Positions 38,843 to 48,217 of a DNA stretch of 64,000 nucleotides are shown here, piece after piece. The position numbers and the translations under genes were made by a program. The stretch covers positions 64,001 to 128,000 of the forward strand of contig CAXXIN010000012.1 in NCBI GenBank assembly GCA_963665275.2, written 5' to 3'. The DNA comes from Negativicutes bacterium. Lineage in GTDB: Bacteria > Bacillota > Negativicutes > UBA1444. A model generated the notes under the pieces. That model saw nothing but the letters and a program-made list of their open reading frames with translations. It did no database searches and was not told where the DNA came from. Each line of letters begins with the position of its first letter. The first letter of the stretch is position 1.

Positions 38843-40110
38843 AGGGTTTCACCCTCCCGAAGCATCAACACCAGAATATCCCCTCGGCCTCCCCACGGCA
38901 AAATCCACTGGGGAACAAAACCGGCTGCCGACAAAGCCGGGCTGAGCATCGCCTGTTCCGCTACGCCTGTATCCAGATGAAACTGAATTTCCGTGAACCC
39001 TTCCTGCCTCAGTGCCCGAACATGCTCCAGCAATACCGGAGCCGCGTCCTGTCCTACCCAGATGGCTGTCAGCGTCACCCGCCCAACCGGCCGGTTCATC
39101 TGTGCAGCAAAGGCCGAGCAGGGAGACAGACTTTCCCCCTGATGTTCAACAGGATGCGCCGCTCGCGGCAAATAGAGCTGCTGATAGCATTCTTGTAAAA
39201 AAGCAGCAAACTGCGGGTGTGCATAGGCCGTCGTCCCATTGTCTTCTTCCAGTTGCCTGTATAGCACCGATCCATCCTGCGCAAGCTGTTCGAAGTATCC
39301 CGGCGGCATATCCGCTGTCGGATCAAGCACCACCATGCAAACAGCAGAAGTTCGGGCCATTTTTCGCAAACAGGCTTCCACCGCAAGAATCGACAAATGC
39401 GATGGATCATAAAAAGCATAAGGACCAAAAGCCTCCACCAGTTTTTGTCCCCGCCGCCAGAGCATCCCTGCGCCGACATTGCCTTTGCCGTCCGCCAGCA
39501 ATACAGCGCCATACTCACCACAGGCAACCATGTCGGCGACTTTTCCGGGAAAAGTGAAGAAGAAAGGCGCTTGCGTTCCATATTTCGCCGTTACGCGAGA
39601 GGCAAATTGTTTCAGCAGTTCCGTTTCCGGCTCAACTTCCTGGAAATTTCCTGACGATGCCAACTCCGGCAGGCGCTCCTGCAAAGAGGGATACCGCTTG
39701 TTTTTGACAAAACAAATTTTCATTTCGCCGTTTTCTGCTGATATCCCCAATTGATCGACAGTCCGCGCCGCGAGCAGCAGGCCCATCTCATCCAGGGATT
39801 GCTCGTCGTCCGAAGAAACCGTCGAGGTAATGTTGAAGGCGCCGACCGGCAACGCATGCTGAGGAAACCGGCAGACGACTTCCGCATAATACCCGCCATT
39901 GCGGCACAGCAGCTTCAACCGCTGATCCGCGGCGATGCGGGCTGCCAAAAACGAATACACCTCTTCCACCGCCAACGTCAAATGCATGGCTTCGGCCCGT
40001 CCCATGTCGAAAGCCTGCACCGACTGTTCAACACAACCTGTTGCGATCGGCAAAAATTCCGCTTGCAGAGGCAGGTTCAACTCGATATTTTGTCGATTTG
40101 GCACCTTCAC
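38839..40110 (-). CDS. Hybrid protein: degenerate RsbW-like N-terminal domain plus GNAT-like C-terminal region
   Basis: LTLAVEEVYSFL...MGLLLAARTVD mirrors RsbW without the N-box Asn; the C-terminus (GFVPQWILPW) parallels the cluster's GNAT-like proteins. Confidence 0.55.
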   Translation of the reverse strand: MKVPNRQNIELNLPLQAEFLPIATGCVEQSVQAFDMGRAEAMHLTLAVEEVYSFLAARIAADQRLKLLCRNGGYYAEVVCRFPQHALPVGAFNITSTVSSDDEQSLDEMGLLLAARTVDQLGISAENGEMKICFVKNKRYPSLQERLPELASSGNFQEVEPETELLKQFASRVTAKYGTQAPFFFTFPGKVADMVACGEYGAVLLADGKGNVGAGMLWRRGQKLVEAFGPYAFYDPSHLSILAVEACLRKMARTSAVCMVVLDPTADMPPGYFEQLAQDGSVLYRQLEEDNGTTAYAHPQFAAFLQECYQQLYLPRAAHPVEHQGESLSPCSAFAAQMNRPVGRVTLTAIWVGQDAAPVLLEHVRALRQEGFTEIQFHLDTGVAEQAMLSPALSAAGFVPQWILPWGGRGDILVLMLREGETL

Positions 40111-40120
40111 ATCCCTCCGT

Positions 40121-40963
40121 TCATTTTAGTCCAGCCTGCGCGAGCCGCAACAACAGATTCCCGGCAACGCATCTCCGGTAATCGGCGCTTGCCCGAAGGT
40201 CATCAATGGGACAAACGGCAGCGGCCGCGAGCTGCCCTGCGTCGCGCACGCACTCCACCGACAGGACTCGCCCCAATAGATACTCCTCCACCGCCGGCGC
40301 TATTGTCACAGTCGGACCGACGCTACCCCAGGCCAGCTTCACAGCTGTTATCGTTCCGTCGTCGTCGGTCGTCAGGCTGGCCGCCATACTCGCCACCGAG
40401 ATCGCCATTGCCTTACGTTTTCCCACCTTGTAATACACGGAGCGCATCGCGGCGGCGGGCCTGGGCACTCTGACAGCGGTTACCATTTCGCCGGCTTGCA
40501 ATGTTGTTTTGCCCGGACCGGTGATAAAATCAGCCACCGGTTGACGGCGGGATCCGGTCGCGCTGCACACTTCAACCGCGGCGTCCAAAACATAGAGCGG
40601 CGGCAAGGTATCGCCAGCCGGCGAGGCCGTGCAAACATTGCCGATCAAGGTTGCGCTATGGCGAACCGGCGGGGATGCAAGTTCTGCTATTGCTTGATGC
40701 AAAGCAGTCAGCTCCTGCTTAATGGTCTCGCATTCCAGCAGGCTTTGGAGAGTTACGGCAGCACCGATAACAAATTCCTCTTCCAAAATGTCAAGTCTCT
40801 GCAGTTCCTCAATGCGTTCGATACAAAAAACTGCCGACGGTTTCTGCCCGTTGCGGCGCAATCTGACCAGCAGATCAGTCCCTCCCGCCATTATGAGTCC
40901 GTCAGGACTGTCCGCTCTCATTGTATTCAATTCTTCCAGCGTTCGGGGAAACAGCACTTCCAT
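40121..40963 (-). CDS. Xanthine dehydrogenase family FAD-binding subunit
   Basis: MAGGTDL, ASPPVRHSATLIGN, ASPAGD, PIDDLRASADYR. Confidence 0.92.
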   Translation of the reverse strand: MEVLFPRTLEELNTMRADSPDGLIMAGGTDLLVRLRRNGQKPSAVFCIERIEELQRLDILEEEFVIGAAVTLQSLLECETIKQELTALHQAIAELASPPVRHSATLIGNVCTASPAGDTLPPLYVLDAAVEVCSATGSRRQPVADFITGPGKTTLQAGEMVTAVRVPRPAAAMRSVYYKVGKRKAMAISVASMAASLTTDDDGTITAVKLAWGSVGPTVTIAPAVEEYLLGRVLSVECVRDAGQLAAAAVCPIDDLRASADYRRCVAGNLLLRLAQAGLK

Positions 40964-41436
40964 CAGCTCATCCCCCCATTCAGGATCCGAGCTGCAGCCA
41001 TAACAGCGTCCACGATTTTTTGGTAGCCGGTGCAGCGGCACAAGTTACCGCTCAATTCCCGGCGAACTTCTTCGCGCGTCGGATCAGGAATGCGGCGCAG
41101 CAAATCCAATGTGGCCAAGATCATTCCCGGAGTGCAAAAGCCGCACTGCACGGCGCCGTGGTCGACAAAAGCCTGTTGAACGACATGAAGTTCTCCATTT
41201 GAAGCAAGTCCTTCGATCGTCAGAAGGGTCCGGCCCTCGAGTTGCGCTGCCAGCATCAGGCACGACAGCCGACTTTCCCCATCGACCAAAATCGTGCAGG
41301 CGCCACATTCTCCCGAGCCGCAGCATTCTTTCGTACCGCCCAGCCCCAGATCCTCACGCAGCAAATCAACTACCCGCCGGTCGGGCGCCGTTTCCACACT
41401 CATGGATTTTCCGTTTAAAATAAAATTCACCTTCAC
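40963..41436 (-). CDS. Xanthine dehydrogenase family 2x[2Fe-2S] subunit
   Basis: CGSGECGACT...SC, QCGFCTPG, NLCRCTGY. Confidence 0.93.
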   Translation of the reverse strand: MKVNFILNGKSMSVETAPDRRVVDLLREDLGLGGTKECCGSGECGACTILVDGESRLSCLMLAAQLEGRTLLTIEGLASNGELHVVQQAFVDHGAVQCGFCTPGMILATLDLLRRIPDPTREEVRRELSGNLCRCTGYQKIVDAVMAAARILNGGMS

Positions 41437-43778
41437 GGCCTACCCTCCTGCCCTGTCTGACGCAATGCCGCCAATACGTTTTCCGCATTCATCGTTTCGG
41501 CGGCAATTCGGAATCCCGCAGCGTCCGCAATCGCATTGGCGACAGCCGGCAACACCCCGTCAATTCCGATTTCACCGACGCCCTTCATCCCAAAGGGACC
41601 TTCCTTTTCATTTGGGGTGACAGGCACCGTCACCATATCCGGAACATCCAGCGCCGTCGGCAAAATATAGGTGCTGAAATCATTCGTCAGAATCCGTCCG
41701 TCCGAAACGGCAAATTCCTCAAACAGTGCGTAACCCAGCCCCTGGGCTGCGCCGCCCTGAACCTGCTGTTCATAGACCTGCGGGTTCAGGACCCGCCCTG
41801 CATCCACACAATTCAACATATCGACGGCCGTAGTTTCACCTGTCAGGGTATCGATTTCCACCGCGACAAGTTGTACCCCATAGGTTATAACCCGGTGAGG
41901 AAATCCGTGCATGCGCAAATTTTCGCCACTGGCTATCGGTTGATCATTTACCGGGCAAGTATAGCTGTAAGTAGTCGTTCGTTCCGACGCATCCATCACC
42001 GAAGCAACCAGCGCCAACGGAACACTGCGCCCGGAAGGCAGATGCCGCGCCAGGCCCGGCAGCAAAATAATCTCTTCTATGGAAACACTATGAAGCAACT
42101 GGAAAGAAATCATCAAGGCCGCCCGGGCGCGAATCCTGTCTAGCAATAATTCCGCCGCTCCAATCATCGCATTGCCATAGGTGAAGGTTGTGCGACTGGC
42201 AGATGAGGACGCCGAAGGCAAGGTTCGGGACGTATCCGGCATAACGAGCTCCATCGTTTTTTGGGGCTGACAGAGGATATGCCCTGCGATCTGCGCATAG
42301 GTGCTGGCATTGCCCTGTCCCATATCGGACACCCCTACATAGACGCGAATCTTGCCATCGGTCAGGAGCTCCAGTTTGGCATTGGCATAGTCGGCAATAG
42401 CCGGACCAAACCCGACGCTATGATAAACCGCCGCCACCCCAACGCCTCTGCGCTTGAAGTCCGGCGCGCCAGCGCACCATTTTTTCCGGCGCCGCCACAA
42501 AGGATGCCGCTCTGTTTCATCCAGACATCCCAGTAATCCTGTCGTCTGTGTCAGCAATACGCCGGTCGGTGAAGTATCCCCGCGCGAAACCGCATTTTTT
42601 CGCCGCAGTTCGAGCGGGTCAAACCCTCCCGCCTTAGCCAGTTCATCGATCGCCTGCTCCATGGCAGCAGCCGCCTGCGGCACACCAAATCCCCGAAATC
42701 CGCCTGAAACCGGATTATTGGTATACGCGACCGAACCACGGACCAGCACATTGGGGATCCGGTAAGGTCCACCCGCATGTTCCATGGCCAAGGCAAATAC
42801 TTCGCTGCCAAGAGAAGCATAAGCGCCAGTATCAAACAAAAGCTTACAGGATAAAGCCTGCAGAACCCCGTCCTGATCACAGCCCACCGTGTACTCCGCA
42901 CGCATCGGATGCCGTTTTACTCCCGTCAGTATACTCTCTTCACGCGAATACCACAGTTTCACCGGACGTCCTCCGCTGTGCATCGCCGCCAGCGCCAGGA
43001 ATCCCTGAACGGTAACGCCGTCTTTGCCGCCGAAGCCTCCACCGAGGCAGGGTGCGACAATATGAATCTTTGCCGGTGACAAGCCTAAAGCCTCCGCCAG
43101 TTCCAACCGGTCGCGAAAAGGGGTCTGGGTGGAAACCGTCATCGACAGGGTTCCATCCTCTTCCATCCAGGCAACTCCGGCCTGTGTCTCCAGAAAGGCA
43201 TGTTCCTGCCAGCCGGTCCGAATCTTCACCGTGGCCTGAAACGTACATTTCCCCAGATTCGCCGCTCCGTCGCCGCAAACGATCTCACTTTGGATCAGCA
43301 CATTCCCGGCCGGACGGGTTGGGTGCAAAATCGGCGCACCCTCTTCCAGCGCCGCTTCGGGATCGAACACAGGCGGCAACGGCTCATACTCAACCCGGAT
43401 AGCCGCCAAAGCCGCCGCGAGGGTCTCCTTGCCCTCCGCCACCACCAAAGCCACGGCATCGCCATAATGGCGCACCCGTTCATCGGCCAAAATCGGTTGA
43501 TCCTTTTCGAAAATCCCCAGGCGATTTTTTCCCTTGATATCGCGGTGCGTTTGAACAGACACGACTCCTGCGAGGGCAGTCGCTCCTGTTGTATCAATCG
43601 CCAGAATTCGCGCATGAGCATGTTCGGACCGCTTGACCCCCGCCCACAGAAGGCCCTCCGGGTACAGATCCGCTGCAAAAACTTCAGCACCCGTCACCTT
43701 TGTCAACGCATCCAGTCGCGGAGCATTGCAGCCGATTTCCCACACCTGAGCGGTCTTCCTCTGCCTATTTTCCGACAT
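41433..43778 (-). CDS. Xanthine dehydrogenase family molybdopterin-binding subunit
   Basis: EHAFLE, GGGFGGK, FRGFG, MGQG, QVQGG, KGVGE. Confidence 0.92.
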   Translation of the reverse strand: MSENRQRKTAQVWEIGCNAPRLDALTKVTGAEVFAADLYPEGLLWAGVKRSEHAHARILAIDTTGATALAGVVSVQTHRDIKGKNRLGIFEKDQPILADERVRHYGDAVALVVAEGKETLAAALAAIRVEYEPLPPVFDPEAALEEGAPILHPTRPAGNVLIQSEIVCGDGAANLGKCTFQATVKIRTGWQEHAFLETQAGVAWMEEDGTLSMTVSTQTPFRDRLELAEALGLSPAKIHIVAPCLGGGFGGKDGVTVQGFLALAAMHSGGRPVKLWYSREESILTGVKRHPMRAEYTVGCDQDGVLQALSCKLLFDTGAYASLGSEVFALAMEHAGGPYRIPNVLVRGSVAYTNNPVSGGFRGFGVPQAAAAMEQAIDELAKAGGFDPLELRRKNAVSRGDTSPTGVLLTQTTGLLGCLDETERHPLWRRRKKWCAGAPDFKRRGVGVAAVYHSVGFGPAIADYANAKLELLTDGKIRVYVGVSDMGQGNASTYAQIAGHILCQPQKTMELVMPDTSRTLPSASSSASRTTFTYGNAMIGAAELLLDRIRARAALMISFQLLHSVSIEEIILLPGLARHLPSGRSVPLALVASVMDASERTTTYSYTCPVNDQPIASGENLRMHGFPHRVITYGVQLVAVEIDTLTGETTAVDMLNCVDAGRVLNPQVYEQQVQGGAAQGLGYALFEEFAVSDGRILTNDFSTYILPTALDVPDMVTVPVTPNEKEGPFGMKGVGEIGIDGVLPAVANAIADAAGFRIAAETMNAENVLAALRQTGQEGRP

Positions 43779-44010
43779 GTTGCTCCACATAATCGACCGC
43801 CGTCGCCAATGTCTTGAGTTTCATAACATCCGAACCGCGCAGAACAAAATCGAAAGTATCCTCCATATCCGCCAATATCCAGCTGAAAGCCAGCGAATCC
43901 ACTCCCATCGTTGCCAGTTCCTGCGCAGGGATAATTGTATCGGGGTTAACTCCTGATATCCGCTTGGCAATAATTTTACGCAACTCGCTCTCAATCTTTT
44001 GTCGTTCCAT
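43765..44010 (-). CDS. Acyl/peptidyl carrier protein
   Basis: 81 aa; MGVDSL Ser motif; MEDTFD. Confidence 0.82.
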   Translation of the reverse strand: MERQKIESELRKIIAKRISGVNPDTIIPAQELATMGVDSLAFSWILADMEDTFDFVLRGSDVMKLKTLATAVDYVEQHVGK

Positions 44011-44062
44011 CTTTAGAAAACCTCCCAACACTCCTATCAATTTGATCCCCAGACCAAGGCCA

Positions 44063-46648
44063 TTACTGCTGCGCCATTTCTTCTACCGCCAGGTCGCGCA
44101 GTTTGAATTTCTGCACCTTACCGCTGGCTGTCAGCGGATACGCATCCACAAAAAAGAACATAGCCGGAACCTTGTTAATGGCAATTCTTTCCCGGCAATA
44201 TCGTTTCATTTCCAGCACGCTAGCGCTCTCTTCCTGTTGGAGACGCACAAAAGCTACCAGGTCTTCTCCGTAATAATCACAGGGAATCCCGACCACCTGA
44301 GCATCCAAAATTTTGGGATGCGTCATCAGAAACGCCTCGATTTCAGCCGGATAAATGTTCTCGCCGCCCCGGATGATCAAGTCTTTGATCCGGCCGGTGA
44401 TGACGCAATACCCCGAGGAGTCAAGCGTCGCCAAATCTCCAGTATGGAGCCGGCCTGCCGAATCAAGAGCCTTGGCCGTCTGTTCTTCCATTTTGTAATA
44501 CCCGGTCATCATCGAGGTCCCCCGGACGCACAGTTCCCCTGCAACTCCCACTGGCGCGATTTCATCGGTTTGCGGATCAACAATCTTCACTTCATAGCCG
44601 GGCATGGCGTTACCCACACTGCCGACCCTTCGTCCCACAGAATCTGACGGCGCATTCATGAGACTGACCAAAGCCTCCGTAGATCCATATAAAATTCCGA
44701 ATTCCGGCGCACCCATCTTCTCAATCACTGCTCTGACTAATTCCGGCGGACAAAAAGCTCCCGCCACGTTTCCTCCGCGCAGCGCCGACAAGTCATAGGG
44801 GCGGCGCGACATTTCTTCGAGGGCAGCCACGAACATTGTCGGCGTTCCCGACACCGCGGTTGCCCGACTCGTCTCCATCACCTGCAGCATTTCCTGCGCC
44901 CGGAAACGTTCCACAACCGCCACCGCTGCCCCCACGATTAAGGAGGAAATAGTGGTGAGACAGCCATATGCATGAAAAAACGGCAACGGCACACATACAA
45001 TATCTTCCGACGTCAATCCCTGCCGCTGTGCAATAGCCCGGGTGTTTTCAATATAAGCCGCATGGCTGAGCATTGCGCCCTTCGGCGCTCCGGTAGTTCC
45101 GGACGTATATTGAAGGGTAAAAATATCGCTTCCAGATACAGACTGTTCTCTTTCCGTCAAAGAATCGTCAGCAATCTTTGATCCGCCTGCTAAAAACTCC
45201 GTCCAACTCAGCATTCCCGGCTGGGACGTTCCATCCAACAGCACAACCTGCTGGAGCTGCGGCAGTTGCTTCTTTATTTCTTGCAGAGCGTCCAAATATT
45301 CTCCTGGCCGTCCAACGCCGCTGACTAAAAACAACAAACGGGTATCCGACTGCTGCAAAACATATTCCAACTCACAGGCGCGATAGTTGGTATTGATCAT
45401 CACCAGCGGGACACCCGCCAGCGCGCAGCCAAACTCTATCATCATATACTCCGGAATATTCGGCGCCCAGATCGCAGCATGGTCTCCCCGTTCAATCCCG
45501 AGCCCCATGATAGCTTTAGCCGCCTGCATTGCTGCACACTGAAATTCCACATAGGTCAGGGCCAGCTGTCGTTGTGGAAATAGCAACGCCACCTTGTTCG
45601 GATAGTCTTGCGACGTTTTGTGCAACAAATCGCCCATCGTCCGAATGCAGACCGTCTCCCGATCCTGCCGAACCATCTCCCGCAACTTTCGGGCCCGTTT
45701 GGTGAGTAAAAAGATTTGCTCAAAATCAGGAGCGTGCAGAGTTTTCTGCATCAACAAGCCATCCTCATCGAACCACCGGGGTAATGCGCCGCCAATAAAA
45801 TAGCCACGCTGCCGGAGAATCTCCACGGCCCTCCCGACCCACGGTTCGCTCAGTCGCAAAAACACCTGCCGAATGAGGGTCCCTGCGGAGGAAGCTTCGC
45901 TCTCCAGCGCCGCCAACCGGTCTTCGAAGTCATCCCCAACCCGCTCAAAAGTCATCCTTGCCACCCCGGCTTCGCCAAACACGCGCAAAGAGGCCTGCGT
46001 TTCCACATGCTCCGGCAGCGGGGCGGTAGACACTTCAAACGTATGCCCCCACTCCGGCGAATCATAAAGGAACCGCAGGACTTCTTCGTATACCGACGGC
46101 AAATACAGGGTCTGCGGGCGCGGCTGAAACGACCGGTACACCACCAGCGCCGACACCCGCCCCTTGTAAACCGGAGGTCCGCTCAATGCCTTGGCATAGG
46201 ACTCGGCAGGCATCAGATCCACTTCCAGCGCCATCTCGATGAACTGATTGTCCCGGACCATCTGCTGTGTGAAAGGGTGATTGCATACCGCTTCGCCCCA
46301 AATCGACTCCAAGCCTCTTTGGCGGGGGATGACGGCCAACGACTGTTCCATCAGCTGAAATGCAACATCCGTTTGTCTGAAGTCATGACGCACCAGCAAC
46401 TGACCGTGCTCATAAAGTCCCGGGTTCGGCGGCGACGACCGATAGAACGCGACGTGCCCTACGACAGCTCCGTCCGGCGTTCGGGCCACCATCCGCCACG
46501 CTTCTTTCGCCTCCTCCTGACGAACCTTGGCCTCGGGATCGTAAACCGTCCTCACCGGATAATTTTCCCCATAGACTGCCCGATACAGTTCTGTCACTCC
46601 ACTGGCGTCCTGCGGGCGAAAGGCATCGATCTCCCAGGCCTGCTCCAC
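44063..46648 (-). CDS. Fusion of a GNAT-like domain and an AMP-dependent acyl-CoA/acyl-carrier ligase
   Basis: N-terminal LYRAVYGENYPVRTVYDP, EAVCNH; C-terminal YTSGTTGAPKG, YGSTE, TGD, GRIKDLIIRGGENIYP, SGKVQK. Confidence 0.9.
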   Translation of the reverse strand: MEQAWEIDAFRPQDASGVTELYRAVYGENYPVRTVYDPEAKVRQEEAKEAWRMVARTPDGAVVGHVAFYRSSPPNPGLYEHGQLLVRHDFRQTDVAFQLMEQSLAVIPRQRGLESIWGEAVCNHPFTQQMVRDNQFIEMALEVDLMPAESYAKALSGPPVYKGRVSALVVYRSFQPRPQTLYLPSVYEEVLRFLYDSPEWGHTFEVSTAPLPEHVETQASLRVFGEAGVARMTFERVGDDFEDRLAALESEASSAGTLIRQVFLRLSEPWVGRAVEILRQRGYFIGGALPRWFDEDGLLMQKTLHAPDFEQIFLLTKRARKLREMVRQDRETVCIRTMGDLLHKTSQDYPNKVALLFPQRQLALTYVEFQCAAMQAAKAIMGLGIERGDHAAIWAPNIPEYMMIEFGCALAGVPLVMINTNYRACELEYVLQQSDTRLLFLVSGVGRPGEYLDALQEIKKQLPQLQQVVLLDGTSQPGMLSWTEFLAGGSKIADDSLTEREQSVSGSDIFTLQYTSGTTGAPKGAMLSHAAYIENTRAIAQRQGLTSEDIVCVPLPFFHAYGCLTTISSLIVGAAVAVVERFRAQEMLQVMETSRATAVSGTPTMFVAALEEMSRRPYDLSALRGGNVAGAFCPPELVRAVIEKMGAPEFGILYGSTEALVSLMNAPSDSVGRRVGSVGNAMPGYEVKIVDPQTDEIAPVGVAGELCVRGTSMMTGYYKMEEQTAKALDSAGRLHTGDLATLDSSGYCVITGRIKDLIIRGGENIYPAEIEAFLMTHPKILDAQVVGIPCDYYGEDLVAFVRLQQEESASVLEMKRYCRERIAINKVPAMFFFVDAYPLTASGKVQKFKLRDLAVEEMAQQ

Positions 46649-46663
46649 TTCGTTTCTACCCCT

Positions 46664-48055
46664 TTATCCTTGTTCTTGTGAAATGGCTGATTGCAAAGTT
46701 GTTAATTTTTCCGTTTCAATGCGTTGCCTGCTAGCCGACAGCAACCGCTGCAAGAGAAATGCGGCAAATAGAGCCGTTCCTGCGGTGGCTGCCGGATGAC
46801 TCCAATATACCCCGGTCTGTCCCCAATGCCCGGCAAACGCATTGGCCAAAGGAATCCGCAGGCAAATCACATACAAAAAGGCCATAACCATTATGTATAT
46901 AGGATGCTTGGTTCCCTGCGACATTCCGTTCACGGCGTATAACAGCGGTGAAAAAAGCATGGATATGCCGGATGCTTGCATAGCAATGCCGCCCAACAAT
47001 TGAAGTTCCGCCGTTGGGCGAAACAAGCCGATCAGTTCCTGTGGGAAAAAGAAAAACAGCGCCGCAAGCGGCGTGATGATTGCCCAGGCGACCCGAAGGA
47101 AAAAGTTCAATCCCTGGCGCACCCGGTTGTAATCAAGCCGTCCCAAATTGAATCCGGTAAAAGTAGCCAACGCATTACTCAGACCCATGACAGGCAACAT
47201 TACCATCATTTCCGAGCGGGACATCAAATTCCAGGCGCCGATTGCCCCCGGACCGAAGCGCGACAAAATCCCGTTCAACATTATCAAGGCAACAGGGCTG
47301 ACCAGGTAGGCTGCGGTCACGAACATTCCCTGTCCCAGAATCTGTCTCCACGCCCGCAGAAATCCTGGATAAGGAAAGAAAACCATTTTCTCAGCGAACA
47401 ATTCTCGCAGCTTGTGGCTGAGATAGATGGCGGAAACGCTTTGTCCAATCAGCGTTCCAACGGCGGCCCCAGTCACGCCCCAACCCAAAACAAAAATGAA
47501 CAGTGGATCGAGCGCCATATTCAGTAAATTTCCCCACAGCATCGCTTTCATCGGGGTCATCGTGTCGCCGCGCGAAGTAAACAACGCTTCAACCGTCATC
47601 ACATAGCCCATCACTGGAAACCCTGCAACCAGCCAGAATATATATCCGCTCCCCTGGTCGGCAATCGATGCGTCAGCGCCGATTCCCAAGTAAAACAAAC
47701 GGCACAGACTCGGAGCCATCAAGGGTAGAAACAATCCCATGAATAGGGTCATCAGCGGCAATACCGCCGAGGCCGTGCGGCGGGCGCCATCCTCGTCACC
47801 TTTGCCCCTGGCGTAGCTCATCAGAATCACGCTACCCATGGCAATCCCTTTGGCCATCGACAAAGCCAGATAGCTCAGCGGCAATGCCATCGATACGGCA
47901 GCCAGCGGGACTTCACCCAACCAGGACACAAAGATGGTTGATACGTATGAATAAAGATTTTGAAAAAAAAGAGACACCATCAGAGGAAGCGCCAAGCGCC
48001 CAAGCACATGGGACACTTTTCCCTGAGCCATATCTACTGCATGCGCCACGTCCAC
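46664..48055 (-). CDS. MATE family efflux transporter
   Basis: LALPLM, GDTMTPM, NMALDPLFIF, GVTGAAVGT; GGAGGAG RBS before GTG 48055. Confidence 0.9.
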   Translation of the reverse strand: MDVAHAVDMAQGKVSHVLGRLALPLMVSLFFQNLYSYVSTIFVSWLGEVPLAAVSMALPLSYLALSMAKGIAMGSVILMSYARGKGDEDGARRTASAVLPLMTLFMGLFLPLMAPSLCRLFYLGIGADASIADQGSGYIFWLVAGFPVMGYVMTVEALFTSRGDTMTPMKAMLWGNLLNMALDPLFIFVLGWGVTGAAVGTLIGQSVSAIYLSHKLRELFAEKMVFFPYPGFLRAWRQILGQGMFVTAAYLVSPVALIMLNGILSRFGPGAIGAWNLMSRSEMMVMLPVMGLSNALATFTGFNLGRLDYNRVRQGLNFFLRVAWAIITPLAALFFFFPQELIGLFRPTAELQLLGGIAMQASGISMLFSPLLYAVNGMSQGTKHPIYIMVMAFLYVICLRIPLANAFAGHWGQTGVYWSHPAATAGTALFAAFLLQRLLSASRQRIETEKLTTLQSAISQEQG

Positions 48056-48098
48056 TTCACGCTCCTCCGCTGTTAATTTCGCGCCGCTGTCGTTAATT

Positions 48099-48128
48099 TC
48101 CTGCGTATGATCATTCTCTACCGCAGGA
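48099..48128. promoter_or_regulatory. Inverted repeat upstream of the MATE-led operon (possible operator)
   Basis: TCCTGCG-N16-CGCAGGA. Confidence 0.35.
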
Positions 48129-48151
48129 TTTTCAAGCAGTTCCGGACAACA

Positions 48152-48195
48152 CAAAAGCAGAGCCGCAATGAACTCAAGGTTCATAGGGCTCTGCA
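48152..48195 (-). terminator. Terminator of the DASS-hydro-lyase operon
   Basis: Minus strand GCAGAGCC..ATGAAC-cttga-GTTCAT..GGCTCTGC-TTTTG. Confidence 0.7.
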
Positions 48196-48217
48196 AAGTG
48201 GAAGCTGCTATGTTAGT

